Part shown: positions 55,837-64,000 of the stretch, piece after piece
How the letters are laid out: the number at the start of each line of letters is the position of its first letter
How positions within the stretch are numbered: position 1 is the stretch's first letter
Assembly (NCBI GenBank): GCA_965227295.1
Contig: OZ245742.1
Coordinates: 1,376,001 to 1,440,000, forward strand
Reading direction: 5' to 3'
Source of the DNA: Leptonemataceae bacterium
GTDB taxonomy: Bacteria > Spirochaetota > Leptospiria > Leptospirales > Leptonemataceae
Length of the DNA: 64,000 nucleotides
The notes under the pieces: model-generated
Told to the model about the DNA's origin: nothing
The model's input: only the letters and a program-made list of their open reading frames with translations
Databases searched by the model: none
Translations under genes and position numbers: made by a program

Positions 55837-57147
55837 TCAGTCACCCGCGGAGACGGCCAGACGAAAGCCGGCGCTGCGATCTTCGGCCAGGCTGGGAAAT
55901 CCGCCGTAGTCTCGAAAATTCGACGCCGCGTACTCCCGGGACTGGTCGAAGCTCCCTCCGCGGATCACCTTAAAGACGCGCCCGCTCACCGCGCGTTTCA
56001 CCGGAAGCCGGTGCCCGGGATACGCCTGGTACCAGCTCGCCGTCCATTCCCGGGCGTTCCCGCACATGCCGAAGATGCGATACGGACTCTCATCGCGGAT
56101 CGCCGTAACGGGAATCGTGTCGCCGTGGCCGGATTCCAGAGTGTTGCACTTTGCCGGATCGAACTCGCCGCGAAAGGGAAAGGCCGGCGGCGCATTGTAA
56201 ACCGACGTCGGATCGCCGTTGATCTTGACGGCGCGCGCATCGCCGCGGGCGGCGAACTCCCATTCGAACTCCGTGGGCAATCGTTTACCGGTCCAGCGCG
56301 CGTAGGCCTCGGCGTCCCGGTAGCTGGCGACGATGACGGGATGATTCGCCTTGCCCCGCGGATAGCGACCGTCTTTCCAGGACGGCGGGAACGGATGACC
56401 GGCCTCGGTGCAGAAGCGATGGTACTCGACGTTGGTAACTTCGTATTTATCGAGGTAGAACGGTTTGATGCGCATCATCACTTCGAACTCCCGCCGATCG
56501 TAGTCGGGGTTGAAGTTGTCCAGGTTCGGATTGTCGCCCTGGCCGAAGATCGCGAAGCCGCCGGGAATATAACGCATCTGCTTGCCGTCCACCTGGTGGC
56601 GAATCTCCGGCAGGGCTCGCCGGGCCGTACGATCTACGGCCGGCTGCACCGGACGTAGATAGCCCAGCTTGCGGCGGTAGAGCCCGGCCCGATAGCCCAC
56701 GGACAGGGTGCGCAGGCCGTGATCGCGTTCCAGATCAAAAGTACCGAAGAGCAAGAACTCACGCAACTTCGCCGGTCGTCGATCGTAGCGGATTTCGAGA
56801 CGATTCGCCGTGAACGTGCCCGCCACTTCGCCGCGTCGGTTCAGCAGGGTGAGCGGGCGTTGCTTTTTCAAGAAGTACTCCCGGATCTTCTCGGCCTCGT
56901 CCCGCTGCAGATCCAGTGGATCCACGCTGAGAATGCGCAGGGCGCCTTTGCGTTTCTGCACCGCCACGACCTCGCCCAGCCCGATGAACTCCCAGCGGTC
57001 CCCGCTCCCCTGATCCACGTGTTTCGGGAATTCAAGGGCCGGATACTGCAGTCCGTCCGGTCCCTGGGAGAAGCCCGCGGTCGGAATTCCGGGGATCAGG
57101 GCGAGCATTATATAGAAGACTGTGCGGATCTTGAGCTGAACGGGCAT
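55837..57147 (-). CDS. Exported FGE-sulfatase domain protein
   Basis: Signal peptide, LDKYEVTN, KRLPTEFEWEFAARG, MCGNAREW, RGGSF, GFR. Confidence 0.9.
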   Translation of the reverse strand: MPVQLKIRTVFYIMLALIPGIPTAGFSQGPDGLQYPALEFPKHVDQGSGDRWEFIGLGEVVAVQKRKGALRILSVDPLDLQRDEAEKIREYFLKKQRPLTLLNRRGEVAGTFTANRLEIRYDRRPAKLREFLLFGTFDLERDHGLRTLSVGYRAGLYRRKLGYLRPVQPAVDRTARRALPEIRHQVDGKQMRYIPGGFAIFGQGDNPNLDNFNPDYDRREFEVMMRIKPFYLDKYEVTNVEYHRFCTEAGHPFPPSWKDGRYPRGKANHPVIVASYRDAEAYARWTGKRLPTEFEWEFAARGDARAVKINGDPTSVYNAPPAFPFRGEFDPAKCNTLESGHGDTIPVTAIRDESPYRIFGMCGNAREWTASWYQAYPGHRLPVKRAVSGRVFKVIRGGSFDQSREYAASNFRDYGGFPSLAEDRSAGFRLAVSAGD

Positions 57148-57475
57148 GGCGGCCTCGAAAAAAATGCGATTCTATGGCTCAGTATCGGCAAATCGCCGGA
57201 AATATGTCACACCCATGTGGTATAAGGGAGGCATCAAAAGCGAACGGTGCCTGCGGCGCCGGCGCGAAGGACACAGCAGGCAACAAAATGCAAAAAAAAA
57301 TGCAGCAAACAGATGATTTGTGCTTGTCGTTTATGTAGTGCTTTGATAGCCTGTGAGTATAAATTTTTATTGATCGACGGTGGAAAAGCCTCTCAAATCG
57401 TGGTAAATTGTCCAATGAGACATAAACTTTGAGGTTTTGAATCCGTCTATATAACTGAGTATAAGAGGTAGACCC

Positions 57476-57694
57476 ATGATCGTAAAAGAAGCGGAAAACC
57501 CGATCTACCATCGACGGAAGCGAGAAAGCCTGCCCGGGCGCGGACTGGATGCCCGCCCCGGCAATCACGAGAAAAGCTTCGACCAGTATCTCCTGGAAGC
57601 CTTCCAGGGCGAAGTCGTGAAAAAAGGCGATCGTTTCGCTGACGACGTCAGCAACCTCACGCGTGAGAATCTCATCCGGCTCAGTTCCGTCTGA
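57476..57694 (+). CDS. Small hypothetical protein
   Basis: 72 aa with AGAGG RBS and host-like codons, after an AT-rich promoter region. Confidence 0.65.
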   Translation: MIVKEAENPIYHRRKRESLPGRGLDARPGNHEKSFDQYLLEAFQGEVVKKGDRFADDVSNLTRENLIRLSSV

Positions 57695-57863
57695 GCCGGA
57701 CCTGTAGCGAAGAAGTGAATTGAAAGTCACACAGGTTGAAGATTTCCGAATGCGCGTGTAAGGGGAATGGTACGCAGTTTGCCCGCCCGCTCTCCAGCGG
57801 ACGGCCGGTAAGTCTGTGTGCCCTGTGCCGGGCAGTCTCCCCGCCCTGGCTACCTCGACGGCG

Positions 57864-60017
57864 TTACTTGAAGCGGTACTTCATGAAGTCCATGAGACCC
57901 TGGTGCAGTTCGCGCTTGCCGTCTCCTTTCTCTTTGACCAGCATCTCCCGGTTGTCGTGAATGATGACGTCCTCTTTGAGCTTGTCCTCGCACCGCTGGA
58001 TGATCTCATCCCGATTCTGCGCCAGAAACTCGCGGCTACCGTAAATGTGGTGATAGCCCTGAATCGGAATGCGCACAATGTCTCGCACGGATGCGGCGCC
58101 GACGTCCACCATATCCAGTAGTTTCTTCGTGCCTTCGCCCATCTTCTCCAGATCGTCGCGAATGGGGTAGCGGCCGCGCTGCCAGGCCTCGTTGATCTTC
58201 GTCTTGAGCGCCTCGAATAGCTTGTTTTCCTCGGTGCCCAGGGTCTGCACCGCCTCGGAATCCTCGGCGCGCTTCCGGGCGAGTTTGCGCACTTCCTGCC
58301 GGGCCTGTTTCTTTTTTTCGGTGTCCGTGGTTTCCGGGGCGCTGCCGCGAATGCGCATGAGCCGGCGGTCTTCTTCCGCCTGCATGGTATTGCGGATTTT
58401 TGCCAGGTTGGTGTCGGAGATCTCCGAGCTTGTGAGAAAGAGGATGAGCCGGGACCACCACGGCAGGTGTTTTACGTAGGATTTGCGAATGGCCCGGCGC
58501 AGGCGGTCGATGTATACCGGCGCCAGATATTCTTTGATTTTTGCGTCCGGCAGACGAAAGACACCGAACAGGTTTTCCAGCACGCGGAGTAGATAGGTAT
58601 CCTCGCTCTTTTCGAACAGTTCGATGGCCATGTCCACAGCCTTTGCCGTGATCTGCCGGTCTTTGTAAATGATGTGAATGTTATCGAAGAGGTCCAGGTC
58701 CACCTCGTTCGTGATCTCGGAGGAATCGAGGTACGGTTCCGTGCAGGCGATGATGCCCGGCACCCGGCCCTGTAACATCATGCGCAGAAATGTTTCGGGG
58801 ATGTTGATGCTGCGATTGTTGCGCGTACGGTACAAATTGCCGAAGGCCTTGATCTTCGCCACGACGTCGCGCATTTCGTTTTGTTCGGAAGTCTTCGCCT
58901 GGTGTTTGGAAAATTGTTTGAGCCAGTCGCCCAGCTTCATGACCTCGACGGCCAGTTGCACTTCTCGTATGGGTGGTTCGCCGATGGCGGATAGTTTTTC
59001 GTACGCCAGTCCCGCCAGCTTCGAGTAGTACTCGTAGTTACTGATCTCGCCGGCCTTCTGCTGTTTCGTAAGAGCGGTAACGGTTTCAGCAGGCATCCAG
59101 TCGCCCATGTGCTGCGGACTTACGAACTGACTGAGCGCCGCAAAGCGGTTTTGAATCTCACCGGTCTTCGCGAAGAGCACGATGTCGTAGACCTTGTCGG
59201 CACCGGGGAAGCCGGCCTTGCGGATGTCGTCACAGCTCAGTGATACCAACAGGCGATCCCGGACGGCCTGGATCAACAGCGGACGATAGAGGCGCTTGTA
59301 GATTTCCTGGTTGACCTTGCGGATGTTGACGATGTCCGCCTGGGTTACGGCGCCAAGGCTCTTTTCGTCCACGTACATGCCGCGGAGGACGAAGTCGGCG
59401 CGGCCTTGCTGGAACGGCAGCTCGGATACCTTCGTCACGCTCTGGAATAAGGTGGCGTAGTCGTACCCGAATTCGGCGGTTTCGATGACGGCCTTAAGTA
59501 CGCGCAGCGATGTTTGAATCGTGGAACGATAGCCGACGATGACTTTGTCCGTGTGTTTGTCCGTGGGCGCGACGTAACGCGTAATGAAGCTGATGCCGAC
59601 CTTCGCATCCGGGGCGACCTCGCGCAGCACGTGGATGAACGCCGGGTTCTGTGCGGCGAGGGCCAGGCATTGTTTCGCCAGGTCCTCGTCGTTGGGCATG
59701 GGAATTTTATCGCTGATGCTGCGCTTGTAGATGAGCAGGTCTTTGGATACGTCCTGGAGCTCCGGATAAAAGACGTCCTCGCGACGGAAGACGCCGGTGA
59801 GGTAGCGCTGGATGGCCTCGTAGACCATGCTCAGCTGCTTCACGTTTTCGCGGAAGTCGGGGGACATTTCCGGTCCGTAACTTCCCTGGGAACTGAAGAT
59901 GCGACCGGCATCGGCGGGATGAAGGGCGAGTATCTTGCGCGGGTCCTGCTCGAAGCCGTCGTAATCGCTGCCCGGGTCGTGGGAGGCTTCGATGTCTTGT
60001 TCTTCGGAATCGCTCAT
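57864..60017 (-). CDS. Hypothetical protein (717 aa)
   Basis: Long ORF with host-like codon usage, coupled to the upstream gene. No motif recognised. Confidence 0.85.
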   Translation of the reverse strand: MSDSEEQDIEASHDPGSDYDGFEQDPRKILALHPADAGRIFSSQGSYGPEMSPDFRENVKQLSMVYEAIQRYLTGVFRREDVFYPELQDVSKDLLIYKRSISDKIPMPNDEDLAKQCLALAAQNPAFIHVLREVAPDAKVGISFITRYVAPTDKHTDKVIVGYRSTIQTSLRVLKAVIETAEFGYDYATLFQSVTKVSELPFQQGRADFVLRGMYVDEKSLGAVTQADIVNIRKVNQEIYKRLYRPLLIQAVRDRLLVSLSCDDIRKAGFPGADKVYDIVLFAKTGEIQNRFAALSQFVSPQHMGDWMPAETVTALTKQQKAGEISNYEYYSKLAGLAYEKLSAIGEPPIREVQLAVEVMKLGDWLKQFSKHQAKTSEQNEMRDVVAKIKAFGNLYRTRNNRSINIPETFLRMMLQGRVPGIIACTEPYLDSSEITNEVDLDLFDNIHIIYKDRQITAKAVDMAIELFEKSEDTYLLRVLENLFGVFRLPDAKIKEYLAPVYIDRLRRAIRKSYVKHLPWWSRLILFLTSSEISDTNLAKIRNTMQAEEDRRLMRIRGSAPETTDTEKKKQARQEVRKLARKRAEDSEAVQTLGTEENKLFEALKTKINEAWQRGRYPIRDDLEKMGEGTKKLLDMVDVGAASVRDIVRIPIQGYHHIYGSREFLAQNRDEIIQRCEDKLKEDVIIHDNREMLVKEKGDGKRELHQGLMDFMKYRFK

Positions 60018-60592
60018 TCTTGTTCGAAAGAGTGCGGCCGCGCGTGCCGGGTTTCCAGCAGCTCGCGCTTGAGATCGTCCGGTGTAAACAGCGGGCGTTG
60101 TAACGCGCCGCGGCCGGTAACCGCTGCCAGCACCAGAAAGCCCCCGTAAACGAAGACCCAGGGATTCAGGGAATAGTCGTTCGTCTCACGGATGTAAGTG
60201 TGTACCGGATTCGGAAAAATAATCCCCGCCACATACAGAATCGCAACCAAAATTACGCCGCCGTAGTACAGCGGCAGTCGATAGCGGCCGGCCGTTCCGG
60301 ACAGATAGAGGAACAGGCCCAGGATGGCCGGCAGAATGAACAGCGTGCGATAGTTGGAACCTCTGGACGGCGTTTCCGGTGACATAAGATCCACCTCGTA
60401 GGTGATCCAGGGGGCCAGGCCGGCGAAGGCGAGCGCCAGGCTCGCGATGACGAAGGCAATTTGCATGATGTCCATGCGGCTGAGCTGTTCGCCGATCCAG
60501 CCGATCAGTGCGCGTCCCACACCGATCCAGCCGAGCATGATGACGCGGAGGAGTTCGCCGAAGCGGCGGAAGATCATTCCAAATGAAGTCAT
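60014..60592 (-). CDS. Hypothetical membrane protein
   Basis: Four hydrophobic segments. Stop overlaps the next start. Confidence 0.75.
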   Translation of the reverse strand: MTSFGMIFRRFGELLRVIMLGWIGVGRALIGWIGEQLSRMDIMQIAFVIASLALAFAGLAPWITYEVDLMSPETPSRGSNYRTLFILPAILGLFLYLSGTAGRYRLPLYYGGVILVAILYVAGIIFPNPVHTYIRETNDYSLNPWVFVYGGFLVLAAVTGRGALQRPLFTPDDLKRELLETRHARPHSFEQE

Positions 60593-60600
60593 AGTAGAAG

Positions 60601-61065
60601 TTAGAGGGTGAACTGGATTTCCAGCTCCACCGTGGCGCCGAGGGGCAGGGCTGCCACGCCGACCGCGAAGCGGGCGTGTTTGCCGGCATCGCCGAAGATT
60701 TGTTGCGCCATGTCCGAGGCCCCGTTGGCGATTTTATGATGTTCGAAAAAGTCCGGCGCCGATGCGACAAAGGCGCCGAGCTTCAGCACGCCGCCGATGT
60801 CGTCGAGTTTTGCGACTCCGCCGGCGGCGGCCAGGCCGTTCAGGAAGCACTGAGCCATGGCGGCCTGCGCGGGTTCCAGTTCGCGATCCTTCGTCATGGG
60901 ACCCGCGAGCATCAGCTCGCCGCCGCGCAGTGGCAACTGCCCGCTCACGTAGATGATGTTGCCCTCGCGTTTGGCGGGGACGTAGGATGCCAGCGGCGGG
61001 CTGAGTTGCGGCAGGGCGATTCCCAGTTCTTGCAGGCGTGCGGTAAGCGCGGGCATGGGCGACAC
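60601..61065 (-). CDS. RidA/YjgF family protein
   Basis: SYVPA, YVSGQLP, ANGASD, FGDAGKHARFAVGV..LP, VE. Confidence 0.93.
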   Translation of the reverse strand: MSPMPALTARLQELGIALPQLSPPLASYVPAKREGNIIYVSGQLPLRGGELMLAGPMTKDRELEPAQAAMAQCFLNGLAAAGGVAKLDDIGGVLKLGAFVASAPDFFEHHKIANGASDMAQQIFGDAGKHARFAVGVAALPLGATVELEIQFTL

Positions 61066-61144
61066 TTGCGGCCCTTCATCGCGACGCCAACAAGATTTCC
61101 CGAATTTCGGTTGAGGCGGCGGTGGTACGCGGTGGGATCGTTCC

Positions 61145-61867
61145 GTGTCGGATGTGGATGATCAGGCGGGGCTCACGGAATACCTGGGCCGGTACATTAC
61201 GCAGCACAAACGTGAGACGATGCAGGCGGTGCTGGATCATCGCACGGACTTCGTGACGGTGGTGCTGGAGGACATCTATCAGCCGCACAACGCGAGCGCG
61301 GTGCTGCGTACGTCCGATTGCTACGGCGTCCAGAACGTGCACATTATCGAGAATCGGAATAGCTACCGTGTGAATCCCCAGGTGGCCATGGGGTCGGCGA
61401 AGTGGCTGTCGTTGCATCGGTATCGCGAGCAGGACGCCGACAACACGCGGGGTTGCCTGGACGCGCTGCGTGCCGCCGGCTATCTTTTGGTGGCGACGAC
61501 GCCGAACGTGGAGCCGGCCTACACGCCGCACGATCTGCCGCTGGACCGCCCGGTGGCCTTGTTGTTCGGTACGGAAGAAGAAGGACTGACCGGGGCCGCG
61601 TTGGACGCGGCGGACTGCGCGCTGAACATCCCGGCCTTCGGGTTCACGCAGAGTTACAATATTTCGGTGAGCGTGGCGATTACGCTGACGACGCTCATGC
61701 ACCGGCTGCACGTAAGTGATGTTGCCTGGAAGCTAAACAAACGGCGGCGGGCGGAGTTGTTGTTGGAGTGGTATCGCCGGGTGGTCACACGCCACGAGGA
61801 CATCGAGCGGCGGTTTTTTCAGGAATCCTCCGGCCACAGAGGCACAGGGGACACAGAGGGCGGGTAA
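61145..61867 (+). CDS. trmH: TrmH/SpoU-family tRNA 2'-O-methyltransferase
   Basis: VLEDIYQPHNASAVLRTSD, FGTEEEGL, IPAFGFTQSYNISV. Confidence 0.9.
   Translation: MSDVDDQAGLTEYLGRYITQHKRETMQAVLDHRTDFVTVVLEDIYQPHNASAVLRTSDCYGVQNVHIIENRNSYRVNPQVAMGSAKWLSLHRYREQDADNTRGCLDALRAAGYLLVATTPNVEPAYTPHDLPLDRPVALLFGTEEEGLTGAALDAADCALNIPAFGFTQSYNISVSVAITLTTLMHRLHVSDVAWKLNKRRRAELLLEWYRRVVTRHEDIERRFFQESSGHRGTGDTEGG
61833..61858 (+). repeat. Single CACAGAG-repeat arm inside the trmH 3' end
   Basis: GCCACAGAGGCACAGGGGACACAGAG, one mismatch to 62483-62508. Confidence 0.75.
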
Positions 61868-61871
61868 GGCT

Positions 61872-61908
61872 GAGCCCTGGAAAGCGCGGTCGCCGCAGGC
61901 GGCGCGCC
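61872..61908 (-). repeat. Flavo-1-like repeat, copy 5 (5' half only)
   Basis: Minus strand GGCGCGCCGCCTGCGGCGACCGCGCTTTCCAGGGCTC closely matches 53486-53522. Confidence 0.6.
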
Positions 61909-61950
61909 GAAGCACATCTGGCCTTGTAGGCTCCCCTTAAGTTCGGGGCA

Positions 61951-62427
61951 TCAACGATTAAACACAGTCCTGGAACCGGCGTACCGCGGTTTCCAGTAGA
62001 CGTTGCGAATGTCGGCGTAGCTCACGGTCTTGCCGGAACTCGGCGCGTGAATGAAGCGATAGTTGCCGACGTAAATGCCCACGTGGGAAACCTTGTTGCC
62101 CGACGTGCGGAAGAACACCAGGTCGCCGACTTTCGGAACGCGCAGGGGATCGAGCTTGCTGTACTGCGCCGTTGTTGCCCGCGGCAGTTTGTAACCGGCG
62201 CGCTTGTAGACGTAGCTCGTAAATCCGGAGCAGTCGAAACCCGAGGGACTGTTGCCGCCGTACTTGTAAGGCGTGCCCAGGTACTTCTGCGCGATCTCCA
62301 CGATGCCGCCGCCGTCATACTTCGTTACCCGGCGATCTTCGGAGTACGACCCCGCGTTCGCGTGCAGCGTGCCCGCGACGAGGAACGCGGTGGCCGTGAA
62401 TAAGGTGGCTATGCGGCGGAACTTCAT
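61951..62427 (-). CDS. NlpC/P60 (C40) cell-wall peptidase
   Basis: Signal peptide, LGTPYKYGG, GFDCSGF, GDLVFF, HVGIY, FIHA. Confidence 0.95.
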   Translation of the reverse strand: MKFRRIATLFTATAFLVAGTLHANAGSYSEDRRVTKYDGGGIVEIAQKYLGTPYKYGGNSPSGFDCSGFTSYVYKRAGYKLPRATTAQYSKLDPLRVPKVGDLVFFRTSGNKVSHVGIYVGNYRFIHAPSSGKTVSYADIRNVYWKPRYAGSRTVFNR

Positions 62428-62479
62428 GGTGTACGTATCGAACTCCGCGGGGCTGAAATTCAGTGCCTGCCAGGAACTT

Positions 62480-62634
62480 TTTGCCACAGAGGCACAGAGG
62501 ACACAGAGAGCGATCGTAGAAGATTGTTCTCAGGCTATGATAGTTGGGGCTTGTTTAAACAACTCCAACCGTTCTTAACCTGTCCCCTTTCACTCTGCGA
62601 AATCTCTCTGTGTCCTCTGTGCCTCTGTGGCAAA
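62480..62634. mobile_element. MITE/REP-like element with 31-bp perfect terminal inverted repeats
   Basis: TTTGCCACAGAGGCACAGAGGACACAGAGAG (62480-62510) and its exact reverse complement (62604-62634). Inner palindrome centred on TTGTTTAAACAA. Confidence 0.8.
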
Positions 62635-62650
62635 GGGAACTACATTACGG

Positions 62651-63628
62651 CTACAGCGGAAACCAACACGCCGCGTCCGTGTTGCCGTGTTGTTCGAGGC
62701 GCGGCTCATCTTCTTTGCAGCGCTGTTGCACCATGGGACAACGCGTGTGAAATTTACAGCCGGGCGGCGGGTTCACCGGGCTCGGGACCTCGCCGCTGAG
62801 CAGCATGGGTTTCTTGCTGCGATCCAGCGTGGGGATGGAGTCCAGCAGGGCGCGGGTGTACGGATGCGACGGCTGTGAGTAGAGCGCGTCGGTTTCGCCG
62901 TGCTCGGCGATTTGGCCCAGATACATGACGTAGACGTGGTCGCTGATCGTGCGGACCAGCGAGAGATCGTGGGAGATGAACAGCAGGGACAGCCCCAGGT
63001 CCTCTTTGAGTTCGAGCAGGAGATTCACGATCTGTGCCTGCACGGATACGTCCAGGGCGGAGACGATTTCGTCGGCGACGATGAGCTTCGGCCGCAGCGC
63101 AATCGCCCTCGCAATGCTGATGCGCTGGCGCTGGCCGCCGGAGAATGCGTGGGGATAGCGTTCCATGTAATCGGCGCTGAGGCCGACCTTGCGGAGATTT
63201 TCGGCGACGGCCGCCCGGGCCTCGTCTTTATTTCGAACCATGCCGTGGACTAACATCGGTTCGGCGACGATTTCGTAGACCGTGTGCCGCGGATTCAGCG
63301 ACGAGTAGGGATCCTGGAAGATGACCTGGTAGTCGCGGCGATACGGTTTCCAGGCCGCCGCACGATGGATGTCGAGGTCCTGGCCGCCGAGCCGCAACGT
63401 GCCGGACGTCGGGCGGACCAGGCCCAGGATGGCGTTGCCGAGCGTACTCTTGCCGCAGCCGGATTCGCCGACCACCGAGATGAGCGACTTCGGCGGCACG
63501 GTGAGCGAGACGCCGTTCACGGCCTTCACGTGTCCGACGGTCCGTTTGAGGATGCCGCCCTTAACCGGGAAGTGGACCTTGAGGTCCCGGACTTCTACGA
63601 GGGGCTGTGTCTGTGTCGCGCTGCTCAT
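62651..63628 (-). CDS. Oligopeptide/dipeptide ABC transporter ATP-binding subunit (OppF/AppF-like)
   Basis: VGESGCGKST, FQDPYSSLNP, FSGGQRQR, HPYT, GCKFHTRCP. ATG 63628. Confidence 0.94.
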   Translation of the reverse strand: MSSATQTQPLVEVRDLKVHFPVKGGILKRTVGHVKAVNGVSLTVPPKSLISVVGESGCGKSTLGNAILGLVRPTSGTLRLGGQDLDIHRAAAWKPYRRDYQVIFQDPYSSLNPRHTVYEIVAEPMLVHGMVRNKDEARAAVAENLRKVGLSADYMERYPHAFSGGQRQRISIARAIALRPKLIVADEIVSALDVSVQAQIVNLLLELKEDLGLSLLFISHDLSLVRTISDHVYVMYLGQIAEHGETDALYSQPSHPYTRALLDSIPTLDRSKKPMLLSGEVPSPVNPPPGCKFHTRCPMVQQRCKEDEPRLEQHGNTDAACWFPL

Positions 63629-63653
63629 CTTGCTAAGTGATGTTCGTATGGTA

Positions 63654-64000
63654 TTAGTGCTTCGCCGCCGTTTGTTCCGCGTCGTGGTACAGAAAACACG
63701 CAACGCTGCGATTGCCGGCGCCGGGAATGTTCGCCTGATCCGCGCCCTGTTCGCCGCGCTCCGCCGTTTGTAGATGCGGCCGGGCCGTGCACGCCTCGAA
63801 CGCCCGCGGGCAGCGTTCCCGAAAACGACAACCGTCGTCGTAGTCTTTCGGCCGCGGTACCTGGCCGCCGATGGGCTGCAACGCCTTGCCGCGATCTCCG
63901 TAAAGATCGGGCAGGGCCGCGAGCAGTCCGCGGCTGTACGGGTGCAACGGTTGCGCGAGAAAATCTTCGACGGGGGCCTCTTCGACAATGCGTCCGGCGT
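63654..64000 (-). CDS. Oligopeptide ABC ATP-binding subunit (OppD-like), C-terminal part; start lies outside the window
   Basis: HPYSRGLL, IGGQVP, GCRFRERCP, VACF. Confidence 0.85.
   Translation of the reverse strand, partial: AGRIVEEAPVEDFLAQPLHPYSRGLLAALPDLYGDRGKALQPIGGQVPRPKDYDDGCRFRERCPRAFEACTARPHLQTAERGEQGADQANIPGAGNRSVACFLYHDAEQTAAKH

Noticed and set aside
55363-56658. Long antisense or alternative-frame ORFs (e.g. 55363-56658, 7827-9212, 35785-36747, 44605-45543)
   Set aside because: Shadow ORFs of well-supported genes, expected at high GC; no recognisable motifs.
57150-57475. AT-rich intergenic region as a replication origin or ncRNA
   Set aside because: No DnaA-box cluster, iterons or stable fold seen; consistent with divergent promoters.
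1-64000. CRISPR array or cas genes
   Set aside because: No regularly spaced direct repeats with unique spacers; all repeats found are dispersed palindromic elements.

Overview
A 64-kb high-GC bacterial chromosomal segment, most likely from a spirochete of the Leptospiraceae. This assignment is inferred from gene order (rplU-prp-rpmA-obgE-proB...proA-nadD-lytR-rsfS; rsmI-flgM) and from Flavo-1-like repeats, STAS/anti-sigma modules and FGE-domain proteins. It is mostly core genome: about 65 CDS, tRNA-Leu(GAG), a Phd-VapC toxin-antitoxin pair and one frameshifted IS1182-family element. No CRISPR array or prophage was seen. Most notable: (1) an archaeal-style PolB2 cassette (inactive RadA-like gene, small arCOG07300-like gene, proofreading-deficient PolB with a GITDS motif C); (2) a ~280-nt rod-like palindromic element in three diverged copies, each just 3' of a minus-strand gene, one inside the PolB2 operon; (3) five Flavo-1-like structured repeats with compensatory base changes, one split by the IS1182; (4) a TetR/FGE cassette bracketed by two of those repeats plus a synonymously diverged fragment of the downstream gene; (5) several divergent or orphan enzymes (AdoHcyase-fold fusion, Vps62-like protein, Cys-less thiolase, degenerate MBL paralogue, Prp beside an L27 with no extension). 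Family assignments come from motif recognition by eye, not from database searches.
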